In this document: positions 1 through 10,162 of the stretch, one piece after another
Layout: each line of letters starts with the position of its first letter
How positions within the stretch are numbered: the first letter of the stretch is position 1
NCBI RefSeq assembly: GCF_006345805.1
Contig: NW_021832070.1
Coordinates: 1 to 34,296 of the forward strand
Source: Octopus sinensis
Taxonomy: Eukaryota
Direction of reading: 5' to 3'
Length of the DNA: 34,296 nt
Notes under the pieces: model-generated
Seen by the model: the letters and a program-made list of their open reading frames with translations, nothing else
The model's database searches: none
Told to the model about the DNA's origin: nothing
Program-made: the position numbers and the translations under genes

Positions 1-39
1 ACACACACACACACACACACACACACCACATATGTATAC

Positions 40-190
40 GTCGGGCTTCTTTCTGTCTAGTCTATCAAACCCACTCACAAGGATTTGGTCGGCCCGAGGC
101 TATAGAAAAGATACTTGCACAAGGTGCCATGCTTGGGGACTGAACCCGGAACCGTCTAGTTTGGAAGTAAGGTTTGTACCACACAGACAC
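40..190 (-). mobile_element. tRNA-derived SINE fragment (head module 'A')
   Basis: Matches the copies at 5490-5630, 5910-6055, 19375-19530 and 21160-21323 (ccactcacaagg..ggtcggcccgaggctatag..aaggtgcca..gggactgaacccgga). The minus strand contains the B-box-like GGTTCAGTCCC. Confidence 0.75.
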
Positions 191-195
191 GCCTG

Positions 196-223
196 TGTGT
201 ATATATATATGTATATGTATATA

Positions 224-261
<38 letters not shown>

Positions 262-307
262 AATACAATTACACATACATATGTCTGTACACACGTCTGT
301 ATCTATA

Positions 308-356
<49 letters not shown>

Positions 357-430
357 ATCTATCTATCTATATACCCACCTACCTCTCTCTCTCTCTCTCT
401 CTCTCTATCTCTATCTATCTATCTATCTGT
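196..430. repeat. Compound microsatellite (TA)n, (TCTG)n, (TCTA)n, (CT)n
   Basis: Directly visible tandem runs. Confidence 0.95.
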
Positions 431-800
431 CCTACTGTATCATTCTAGCGATCAAATTTTTAAGTATGGTACTAAAAGAGTCTTTTTAAACATTTATTAC
501 TATCTGCATTCCACAATTTTAAAACGAAATGTCTTTCTATATATATATTTTATTATCCTCATCTATATTTTTATCTATACTCCATTATATTTATATATGT
601 ATATATTTATGTATCCTTGCGTATTTTTAACATTCATATATATATTTTTATATTTCTATAACTCTATATTTTGAATGTTTAATATATGTTTTAGACAATT
701 CTTTTTATTAAATCCATATATGTATGCACCAATCGTAGTCTGCCTGAGTTGAACTTCTTCCCTGTATTTCTTGAAAGTATATATATATATATATACATAT

Positions 801-1101
801 GTGGAGGCCCAATGGCCCAGTGGTTAGGGCAGCGGATTCGCGGTTTCGATTCCCAGACCGGGCGTTGTGAACGTTTATTGAGCGAAAACATCTAAAGCTC
901 CACACGAGGCTCTGGCAGGGGGTGGGGGTGGCGATCCCTGCTGTACTCTTTCGCCACAACTTTCTCTTACTCTTTCTTCTGTTGGCCTGCTCGCTTAGCC
1001 AGCGGGGTGGCGTTGTTTGAAGGCTAAAACAATGCGAAGCGCATTGTGACCAGCGATGTGTAGAAACATCTGATAGCCTGGTCGGTCACGTGATCACGTG
1101 A
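801..1101 (+). mobile_element. tRNA-derived SINE (family 'D')
   Basis: A-box-like TGGCCCAGTGG and B-box-like GGTTTCGATTCCC. The head is nearly identical to 32335-32510. The 3' end has tandem CACGTGAT units running into (TA)n. Confidence 0.8.
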
Positions 1102-1239
1102 TATATATATACATATATAAAAATTGAGATTTAATTGAATCAGGTACTTAAGTAGAAGCACCAAGTCAGTCCGGTATTATCCACACAACTCGAAGTAAGG
1201 TGAATAAAATCAAAATAAGCAACAGGATATCAAGTAGTG

Positions 1240-1327
1240 ATGCAGTACGACCGTTTCAGGCGGTTCCATTTAATTGAATACTGCAATCATTACAGCAATT
1301 TAAATATAATGCCATCTTCAGCTGCAC
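1240..1327 (-). ncRNA. Type I hammerhead ribozyme candidate (extended stem II, dimer-type stem III)
   Basis: Minus strand: GUGCAG-CUGAAGA-U-GGC...GCC-U-GAAA-CGGUCG-UA-CUGCAU. Stem I is 6 bp, the cleavage triplet is GUA, and ACGGUCGU is self-complementary with two G.U pairs. The 10.1-11.1 position is U.U rather than G-C. Confidence 0.6.
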
Positions 1328-1542
1328 AAATAAATAAATAAATAAATTAATTAATAGAATTTAACCAATCGGACACATTAATATAATTTTTCTCAAATAT
1401 TTTAACTGAGCAAGAAGATGGAAGAAATTCAATAACGACAACATGAATGTTTTCATCTTCTTGCTCTGTTAAAATGTTTGAGAAAAATTATATTAATGTA
1501 TCTGATTGGTTAAATTCTATTAATTAATTTATTTATTTATTT

Positions 1543-1630
1543 GTGCAGCTGAAGATCGCATTATATTTAAATTGATTTAATGATTGCATTGTTCAATTAA
1601 ATGGAGCCGCTTGAAACGGTCGTACTGCAT
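1543..1630 (+). ncRNA. Type I hammerhead ribozyme candidate (mirror copy)
   Basis: gtgcag CTGAAGA (1549-1555) ... GAAA (1613-1616) cggtcg TA ctgcat. Predicted cleavage after 1624. The base of stem II is weaker (UCGC/GCUU). Confidence 0.5.
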
Positions 1631-1714
1631 CACTACTTGATAGCCTATTGATTATTTATACACACACACACACACACATACATACATATATATATATCCT
1701 TTCACTGTTTTATT

Positions 1715-1905
1715 CTTTTAAATGTTTCAGTCCTTTGACTGAGGCCATGCTGGAGCACCGCCTTTTAGTCGAAGAAATCGACCTCAGGACTTATAAGCCT
1801 GGTAATTATTCTATCGGTGTCAGTTGCGGAACCGCTAGGTTACAAGGATGTAAACACACCAACCCCAGTTGTCAAGCGATTGTAGGGGAGACAGTGACAC
1901 AGATA
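1715..1905 (-). mobile_element. SINE tail module 'B'
   Basis: gaggccatgctggagcaccgcc..gtcgaagaaatcgac..ttctatcggt..ccgctaggttac..gtcaagcgat, shared with 5105-5260, 19570-19760 and 20750-20960. Confidence 0.7.
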
Positions 1906-2431
1906 CACGCACACACATATAAACACACACATATATATATAAACACACACACATATATATATATAAACACACACACACACACACAACATATATATATATA
2001 AACACACAGACATATACATAAAATATACATATATTATATACATACATACAAACATAAATGCACATACATATTTATATATGTACACGTATTAATATTATCA
2101 AATGTTTTCAGAATGGTTGGAGATATTCAATCACAAACTGTAATAAACATTCAAATAAATACTTTCTTCCAACCATATTGCACTCATTTGATATCTTGAA
2201 AACAATTTGCTATTTCAGTTGTAGCATCGAAATTGGTTATTTTAACGCTCTTCTTTCAAATATTAACGTTTGCAATTACTTTAGAAACGCATCTGATTTC
2301 AAATCTACCCACGAGGAAACTTCGTTCAAAGAAGATATTATTTACTCTCACCGTCAGGCACGCTGCAGAGAAAGGCAGATCGTAGTTCTTTTCCCAGGTA
2401 TGATGATTTCCTCGTTTGAATATGTATGTTA

Positions 2432-2659
2432 CTAGGTAAAAGTTTTGTTCGTTGGTAATATTTTATAACATACGTCACACTGAGATGGTTTCCTTCTTGC
2501 GTGGATTCTTAAGAGACCAGTCAAGTGTCCGTTCCAAGGAAATGATTTATGTTGGATTTCACAGCGGTATGGACTATTAGCACTGTGACCGTGTTTGGCA
2601 AAAGCCAGCTCATTAATACGAGAGAAACTTTGACTACGACCTCCATAATTTGCACACAC
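2432..2659 (-). pseudogene. Degenerate C2H2 (Kruppel-type) zinc-finger array relic, about 2.5 fingers
   Basis: Translation ...HSANSPYRCEIQHKSFPWNGHLTGLLRIHARRKPSQCDVCYK... follows HTGEKPYxCxxCxKxFxxxxxLxxHxRxH spacing, but several Cys/His ligands are lost. It ends in TAG and starts in a (TG)n run. Confidence 0.65.
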
Positions 2660-2890
2660 TTACACACTTACACATACACACACACACACATACACTCATA
2701 TGGATGTGCACATGTATATACAGAGATTGTATATGTATTAAACATCATATTTAGTAGTATAAGAGATAGAAAGTTTTTGGTACAGTATTTGGAAAAATGA
2801 ATAGAAATGGGTTTTCTGATAATTTTTCCACTTTAATAATAAACGTATAAACATTTAATTATTAAAGTGGAAAGATTATCATAAAGCCAT

Positions 2891-2896
<6 letters not shown>

Positions 2897-2949
<53 letters not shown>

Positions 2950-2984
2950 TATATATATATATATTATATATATATATATGTATG

Positions 2985-3036
<52 letters not shown>

Positions 3037-3140
3037 ATATGCATGTATATATACCATACATACGTTATATATATATAGATATAGATATACATACATACAT
3101 ACATACAACGCACTACACATACATACATGTATATATGTAT
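2897..3140. repeat. (TA)n/(CATA)n microsatellite
   Basis: Directly visible. Confidence 0.95.
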
Positions 3141-3141
3141 A

Positions 3142-3258
3142 TGGGTCAAACAGTTTGATTCAAATTCCTTGGTACTCCGACTTTCCAATGACTGAGGATT
3201 AGCACCACACTTTGAAACTCGGAGTACCAACGAATTTGAATCCAACTGTTTTGATCCA
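3142..3258. mobile_element. MITE-like hairpin with ~50-bp inverted arms and TA flanks
   Basis: tgggtcaaacagtttgattcaaattccttggtactccga versus the reverse complement of tcggagtaccaacgaatttgaatccaactgttttgatcca. TA at 3140-3141 and 3259-3260. Confidence 0.55.
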
Positions 3259-3308
3259 TACATGTAACTCCCAATAAACACGTTGAGTGCCCTTCTTTCG
3301 TTTGTCCA

Positions 3309-3344
<36 letters not shown>

Positions 3345-3699
3345 TAAATATGTATGTAATAAAATTACGATTCAGTTGAATTAGGTACTTAAAGAGAGGT
3401 TCAATTTTCGAGCCTTGTTGAGTTCTCATCAGAGGTGTTTACATCACTTAACCTATACCAGAGAAATAAACAGCCAATCTGCTTAAATAATCAACAAATC
3501 AAGTAGCCACAGAGAATTAGCTACAGCTAATTTGCATACCTTAAGCGTTTATAACTTCATTTAAAATCAGGGGCATGTCAACCGGGATCCCAGTCCACAC
3601 AGCATTAATGTATGATATAATAATATATGTACGTATACAGTTGGTATATAAACAGGGCAAATTTAAATAATTTCTCCATAGATTGAAATATATATATAT

Positions 3700-3757
<58 letters not shown>

Positions 3758-3772
3758 TTATAAATAAGGATA

Positions 3773-3990
3773 ATATCGATATTTAAATATCGGTATTATC
3801 AAGTGGCCAGCATGGGAATAAATACCATACAAAGGTAATAATTTTTTACAACTAAAAATAAGGGTGTCTGAGAGACACCACCATGCCGAAATAGCAGCCA
3901 AATCCCTGACTCTAAGAACCACCTTAAATGTTCATATCGCACCATGAGATAAGACAGAGGGACAAAATAGACTAGCAAAAAAATTACTGA
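3773..3990 (+). repeat. Dispersed repeat adjacent to (TA)n; non-inverted relative of 30330-30585
   Basis: Shares taaggataa..atatttaaata..gtggccagcatg..aaaggtaata..gaga(c/t)accacca..gaaatagcag..tgactctaa..taaatgttcata with the 30.3-kb copy. Confidence 0.7.
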
Positions 3991-4219
3991 ATAATTCAAG
4001 ATCCTTGATTTCTAGCTTTGCTTCAAATAAGCTATATATATAGTCGATTAAGGAAACAAGATGGATTTGGTATTAATCTTTATTTTGTACGAGAATCGTT
4101 TCGACCCATCCTGCAACTGTCCCTAATGGGTGGGATGCTGTGCATCCATCTTCTATTTCTGTAATCAATTATTATCTCAACTAACACTGCTGAATTCGTG
4201 AAGTAGATCCAACGGAAAT

Positions 4220-4446
4220 ATACCTATTTCTTTATTACCCACAAGGGGCTAAACACAGAGGGGACAAACAAGGACAGACATAGGTATTAAGTAAATTACA
4301 TCGACCCCAGTACGTGACTGGTACTTAATTTATCAACCCCGAAAGGATGAAAGGCAAAGTCGACCTCGGCGGAATTTGAACTCACAACGTAACGGCAGAC
4401 GAAATACCGCTAAGCATTTCGCCCGGCGTGCTAACGTTTCTGCCCA
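4220..4446 (-). mobile_element. tRNA-derived SINE (family 'C')
   Basis: cgaccccagt..actggtactt..gaccccgaaaggatgaaaggcaaagtcgacctcggcggaatttgaactc..gaaataccgctaagcatttcgcccggcgtgctaacg, present in many copies. The minus strand has the B-box GAGTTCAAATTCC. Confidence 0.85.
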
Positions 4447-4517
4447 AACCGTGCCAGTGCTTTACTCAACACATCAACAGACTAATTGATATATATCCAT
4501 TGGTCCAAAATATTACA

Positions 4518-4602
<85 letters not shown>

Positions 4603-4725
4603 GTCTGTCTGTCTGTCTGTCTATCCATCCACACATACATACATACATACATACATACATACATACATACATACATACATACATACATACATACATACGT
4701 ACATACATACATATGTACATACACA
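4518..4725. repeat. Compound tetranucleotide microsatellite (TCTA)n-(TCTG)n-(CATA)n
   Basis: Directly visible. Confidence 0.95.
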
Positions 4726-5104
4726 CATCGTTTTGTGTACGATTTAGTGAGCAAAATGCACTCATTTCATAAAGTACATCTTAGACATCACTGAACAATT
4801 AATGGTAGAATTTCTTTAACTGGCAGCATTCCTCTGTATCTACTGAACATTAGAAATCTTCGGAGACAAATATGTTTGGTTAGAGTGTTCACGATAGCGT
4901 TTGATTTATAGGAATAGTGTTCGTAATTGAAGTGACAAATAGCGTGGCTTAGTGACTCAGATGTTTAAAAGTAGATAATATATTGTTTCAAACTAACTCA
5001 ACAGTTCTTAGAAAGAAAACTCTGTAGAATTTGCGAGCAATTGTACATGGGAGACAAATTATATATTCTTTTATTCTTTTATTTGTTTCAGATTTTTCCT
5101 TTTT

Positions 5105-5632
5105 TTAGTCGAACAAATCGATCTCAGGACATATTCTTCGTAAGCCCAGTACTTATCCTATTGGTCTCTTTTGCCGAACCGCTAGGTTACAGGGACGTAA
5201 ACACACCACTACCAGTTGTCAAGCGGTAATGGGTGGACAATGGTTAGACAAACACAGATTCAGAGACACATACGCAAATATATATATATATATATATTGT
5301 TGTATTTAGGAATGGTGATTTTGCCAGTTTAGCAAATAAAAACACACGCACTATATAATTGGTGCTATTTTGCTTCAGCGTTATTAATTTTTTACATTAA
5401 TCTTAATCTTATTTCGGCTAGAGTTCTTTGGTCACACTCCTGTGACCTCATCAGTGGTCCTTTGCTTTCTTCTTTCTTATATATTACGACAGGATTCTTT
5501 CAGTTTCCGTCAACCAAATCCACTCACAAGGCTTTGGTTGACCTGAGGCTATAGTAGAAGAGACTTGCCCAAGGTGCCACACGGTCGGAGCCATATGATT
5601 GAAACCAAGCTTCTTATCACACAGCCATGTCT
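5105..5632 (-). mobile_element. Composite SINE (A head, internal microsatellite, B tail) with an insert at ~5298-5485
   Basis: B module 5105-5265, (TA)n 5278-5297, unrelated insert, A module ~5490-5632. Module order is the same as the other composite copies. Confidence 0.65.
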
Positions 5633-5909
5633 ATAATCCTGGGCAGAGCAATGATTGCGAATGAATTTTGTAGACGGAAAACGTGTGGAAGCTCGTCATA
5701 TATATATATAGGTATATATTTATATATATATATATATATATAATATATATATATATTATATATATCAATATATATATATATATATTACACACACATACGC
5801 CACACACACCCACACACACACCCACACATCCACACACATCCATACACATATATATAAATAGATATGTGTACTTGTGTGAGTGTGTGTGTTCATGTGCTTA
5901 TCCCTTGAC

Positions 5910-6075
5910 AACCGCGTAGCAACCACGTTGTTTCCGGTTCAGCCCCACTGCACGGAATCTTGAGTACATGTCCTCTAATACAGCTCCGGGCCGACTAAGG
6001 CATTGTGAGTGAATTTGGTAGACAGAGGCTGTGTGGAAGGCCGATGTATACATACATATATATATATATGTGTGT

Positions 6076-6114
<39 letters not shown>

Positions 6115-6250
6115 TGCGTGTTTGTACATGTGTGTGTGTATGACAGTCTGCGTATGTCTGTGTTTATGCTTGTTCCCCTCACCGTCTGACAAGAGGCGTT
6201 GGATTTGCTTATGTCCATCGGAAATCTAGCGGTTCGACAAACGGCTTCGA
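5910..6250 (+). mobile_element. Composite SINE (A, (TA)/(TG)n, partial B), degenerate
   Basis: ccggttcagccccactgcacgg..gggccgactaaggcattgtgagtgaatttggtagacagagg, then (TG)n, then gtttatgcttgttcccc..gacaa..ctagcggttcgacaaa. Confidence 0.6.
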
Positions 6251-7375
6251 TGCAGTACGTACCTAACTTACAAAGAAATACTGACAAAAATCCTACAAGG
6301 ATAGCTGCAGTTCAACGAATGAGACAAGTAAAAGCATTGTTACTAGAAGAAGGACATACCAAAATACTGACTCTCAACATCATTATGTTTATGGTCGTTG
6401 TGTTTCCGAATTTTAATCGAATAAACGCTTTCAGTAAAATTCTGCCTCAAACACCCGCTCAAATCTAATATATTTTTGTAGACATAAATCAAAAATTTTT
6501 CGCTGAAATATTTCCAAAATGCCAAACAGTCAACCACCGTATAGATCTGTATCAAACGGTTACATGGGCCAAATAAATCAGCCTTCCTTTTGTTAAACTG
6601 CATCTCATATCCGTTGGTTTTTGTCACCATAAATTTGAATTTTTGTTGAAATACTTCCAAAGTCCTAACGGATTAGCATTAGTCAGTCTGGTACGATGAC
6701 GTTACATCTTTCAAAGAAATCCAGAGGCTTTTATTACTAACCTGCTTCTCACTTGGTTATTTATTTCGTATAGAAAAGGAAAGGTCCTTCGATTAATTTC
6801 AATAATTGCTGAGATTTCGTGTAAACAACTCCGAGTCATGATGTGTGATGTTTCAGTTTGAAATAAATTATACCGCACTGTTCTATTTCATATTTTGGTT
6901 TGATTTGTTATTTCACCCGCTCGACTGTTTATAATATAAAGTAATTCATGCTCACACAAACATACACCCATAATATACATAATCACTAATTACAAGAAGA
7001 ACGTGAAAATAACCGCCATCTTTACAAAATCTTCCGGTTTAATTGTCTCCCATAATGCTTCGGTTTTACGGGTCTCCTACGGGTCTACTTGAATTCTGCA
7101 TTGCAAACTAAAGAAAGAAGCCTGTGAGCATATGTTATAGGCATCTATCCTTGGATACGCGATAATCTGTACCTAAAGTAGAGTATGTTAAATTTAAGCT
7201 GTAGGCCCTAATCCATTGGGATTTAGATTATCGTGACTGTGGACGCAGTGCTGGCACGGGATTACGAACCATTAACGTTTCAATTAATAGTTCGAAGTAT
7301 TACCTTTAGTTACTTATACATGGTATACATGTACATTCGTACGCTACTTTCATGAACACTATATACATGTATGTA

Positions 7376-7620
7376 GAGACGCGTGGATTAGTGGTTAGGG
7401 TGTCAGCACCATGATCGTAAGATTGTGGTTTCGATTCCGGGACCAGGCGACGCGTTGTGTTCTTGAGCAAAACAATTCATTTCACGTTGCTCCAGTTCAC
7501 CCAGCTGGCAAAAATGAGTAACGCTGCGACGGACAGGCGTTCCGTCCAGCTGGGGAACACATACGCCATTGAAACCGGGAAACCGGGTCCATGAGCCTGG
7601 CTAGGCTTTAAAAGGCGTAT
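7376..7620 (+). mobile_element. tRNA-derived SINE (family 'E')
   Basis: A-box-like tggattagtgg, B-box-like ggtttcgattcc, and a central tgtgttcttgagcaaaac..atttcacgttgctccagttcacccagctggcaaaaatgagta shared with 30900-30980 and with minus-strand copies. Confidence 0.8.
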
Positions 7621-7643
7621 TTATATTATTATTATATATATAT

Positions 7644-7691
<48 letters not shown>

Positions 7692-7948
7692 TATATATAT
7701 ATATATATATGAATACACATGCATATATATTATATATAAAGATATAAAAATGTATTACTAAAACTTAACTCAGATTTAAAGATTATGTCCTCTACAACAT
7801 GTATATATATTGAATAAAGGCTTTTACAATTTATTTTATACATCTGAGTGTGTGCGTATACATATATATGTATAAAGATTTGTATACACACACGCGCGTA
7901 CATGTACACACACTTACAGATATATATATATATTTTTAGAAACATCGA

Positions 7949-8132
7949 ATGTGTATTGTACGATACAAACAAGATGGCGATATTTTCGAACGCATCATCG
8001 CCATGAAAACAGCAGAAATAATAGGTAATATTACACTTGGAACGCAGAGAAAGCTGCCATTATTTCTGCTACTTTAATGGCGATGCTGCGTTCGGAAATA
8101 TTACTCTCTTGCTTGTATTGTACAATGCATAT
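7949..8132. mobile_element. MITE-like inverted repeat (~72-bp arms, ~35-bp spacer)
   Basis: tgtattgtacgatacaaacaag..tcgaacgcatcatcgccat..gcagaaataat versus the reverse complement of attatttctgc..atggcgatgctgcgttcg..cttgcttgtattgtacaatgca; about 80% by eye. Confidence 0.6.
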
Positions 8133-8370
8133 ACATACATACATACATACATACATACATACATACATACATACATACATACACACATACATACACACAC
8201 ACACACACACATACACACACACACACACATATATATATATATGTACAAAAGATACAAACTGGGACAAGAACGCAAAACATTTAGAAGACGATACAAAAAC
8301 CACGGACGGGACATTCGAAGCCTTCAATCTTCAGTCAAGAACGGATCATCTTCACAATTTCGGCTGATTA

Positions 8371-8421
<51 letters not shown>

Positions 8422-8499
8422 GTATAATATCGATGAGTGTATTATTTACCTTGTTAACAATTAACACGGTAAAAATAAATAAATAGTTCCCAGGGCATA

Positions 8500-8835
8500 T
8501 ATATGTATATATATATATAACGGGAAGGTTTACGAAAATAAACAAAATACGAAGGCACGTGGAGTACAAACAAACAAATGTATTAGTATGGCGCTCAGGA
8601 ATAGAAATAGAACAAGTCTTTTACGTTTCAAACCTACGCTCTTCGACAGAAAGATACACAGAAAAAAAACAAGGAGAGAAAAAAATGCGTGTAGGAGCTA
8701 ACGATCTATCATGGCGTTCTGACTTGGGGCAGAGCTCAGAGGTCAGAGGTCAGACGCTAGAAGGACAGTAGGGGAGATAACAGTGTCAAGTGACTTCCAA
8801 AACGAAGGTGTCCCCAACACAAAGGTGCGCGTTAT
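8500..8835 (-). mobile_element. (TA)n-embedded Penelope-like non-coding relic with a minimal HHR
   Basis: Homologous to 9680-9870 (same orientation) and related to 33310-33525 (opposite orientation). Both ends sit in (TA)n. Confidence 0.55.
8617..8654 (-). ncRNA. Minimal type I hammerhead relic (core A6 mutated to U)
   Basis: Minus strand: UCUUU-CUGUCGA-A-GAGC-GUAG-GUUU-GAAACGUA-AAAGA. Stems I and II pair, and stem III is the ACGU palindrome. Confidence 0.5.
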
Positions 8836-8920
8836 ATATATATATATATATCGTTATTTTTAGAAAAACATAAATCCAGAGAAGAAGCACGCTCTAGGAA
8901 GTAGAGCAGTCTATATTTAT

Positions 8921-9648
8921 TACTGGTGAAGGTCGGTTTATAGGGTTACCCTGGGTTTCTGGCCATACAGGTTACCTTTATGGCGTATCTTCAGACCATA
9001 AGACCTGTTGGCCTATGGCCTCTTTAAAATATGGAAAGGGAAACGATACAGATGTAAACATTGGGGATTATCTATCTTTGCTGTTGGTCATCGGCTTCCG
9101 GCTGGGTCGTCCTCCTTCAGCTACGCCATCTGTCGACTGTGAGGGTAAAAGTTAGGGAGTTATCTCCTACACTCATCAGCAATCAGTTTCCAGGTGTGGT
9201 GTAGTTATCGCTAATACCACTATTATCGCTATGATGCGGTTCCCAAAACGCTAAGAGAAATCTCCTGAAATGCAAGCCCAGCTCGAGAATCTCCATTCTG
9301 GAGTTCAGTATGGTCCCTGGTACGCGCAAGCTTTTCAGAATGTCCATGCATTCGGTTATGCATAGCTTGAAGCATTTCGTTCCATTTATATACGGACCCG
9401 GACAGTGGAGGATTTTCCATGGAACCGAGTAGCCGTTAGGTGACGTAGCTGAAAAAGGACGACACAGCCGGAAGCCGATGACCAGCAGCAAAGGGAGATA
9501 ATACCCATTATTTATAACTGTATTGTTTCCACCTCCATATTTCAAAGGGGCCATAGGCAAACAGGTCTCAGGAGTTGACGATACACCATAAAGGTGCCCT
9601 TTATGGCGAGAAACCCATGGTAAGTCTATAAACCGGCTTTCACCAGTA
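8921..9648. mobile_element. Non-autonomous DNA element with ~208-bp terminal inverted repeats
   Basis: 8921-9128 is the reverse complement of 9441-9648 (about 80% by eye); the ends are TACTGGTG...CACCAGTA. Flanked by ATTTAT at 8915-8920 and 9649-9654, or alternatively a TA duplication. Confidence 0.8.
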
Positions 9649-9679
9649 ATTTATATATATACATATATATAAATATATA

Positions 9680-9868
9680 TATAGGGAGTGTTTACGAAAA
9701 AAACAAAAGACGAAGACAGGTGGTGTACAAAACAAACAGATGTATTAGTATAACGCTCAGGAAGAGAAAAAAGTCTTTTAGATTTCGAGCCTGGGCTTCT
9801 ACAGAAAGGGACACAGAAAAAACAAGGAGAGAAAAAAATGTGTGTTGTGGCTAACGATCTATCATGGC

Positions 9869-9870
<2 letters not shown>
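9680..9870 (-). mobile_element. Second, truncated copy of the 8500-8835 element
   Basis: gtttacgaaaa..acaaac..atgtattagtat..cgctcaggaa..gtctttta..cagaaag..acacagaaaaaacaaggagagaaaaaaatg..gctaacgatctatcatggcgt. The HHR core is more decayed (CUGUAGA). Confidence 0.65.
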
Positions 9871-9930
<60 letters not shown>

Positions 9931-10111
9931 ATAACATACACACATACACATATATATTATGGCTGCCCCCTCGTTATCGAGTATGGCCATTGCACGAAGT
10001 TTAACTGTTATTGGTGCTGTGATCGAATGTGATTTTTTAGCCCAGCTAAAGATCTAAAACGTCTTGTACGGATTTGACAACTAAAACCTTTACCGGTAAT
10101 AAACCTTTACC

Positions 10112-10162
<51 letters not shown>

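Larger units (their letters stand above)
1113..1657 (-). mobile_element. Non-coding foldback element with two hammerhead motifs (Penelope-like pLTR-type relic)
   Basis: 1213-~1430 is the reverse complement of ~1445-1657 (roughly 90% by eye). An unpaired ~100-bp tail (1113-1212) abuts (TA)n, and its end resembles 3358-3392. Confidence 0.7.

Noticed and set aside
801-880. Genuine tRNA genes at the SINE heads (also 7376, 19375, 32335)
   Set aside because: A- and B-boxes are present but there is no complete cloverleaf, and each continues into a shared repeat body.
3406-3432. Functional hammerhead (CUGAUGA..GAAA on minus)
   Set aside because: Stem II is imperfect, no stem I partner exists and position 17 would be G. 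Kept only as a relic, because the element end resembles 1120-1152.
4090-4170. Hammerhead on minus ending GAAACGAUUCUCGUA
   Set aside because: No CUGANGA core and no stem I.
6735-6870. TACTAAC branch point plus TAG acceptor at 6773 and a short frame
   Set aside because: The heptamer is expected by chance in AT-rich DNA (it also occurs near 24127), the pyrimidine tract is weak and there is no recognisable product.
8300-8340. Hammerhead on minus (CUGAAGA..GAAU)
   Set aside because: GAAA is broken and stems I and III cannot be formed.
9095-9480. Hammerhead-like CTGAA(G/A)..GGAAG in both TIRs of the 728-bp element
   Set aside because: Both arms read GAAG, neither has CUGANGA, and there is no stem I.
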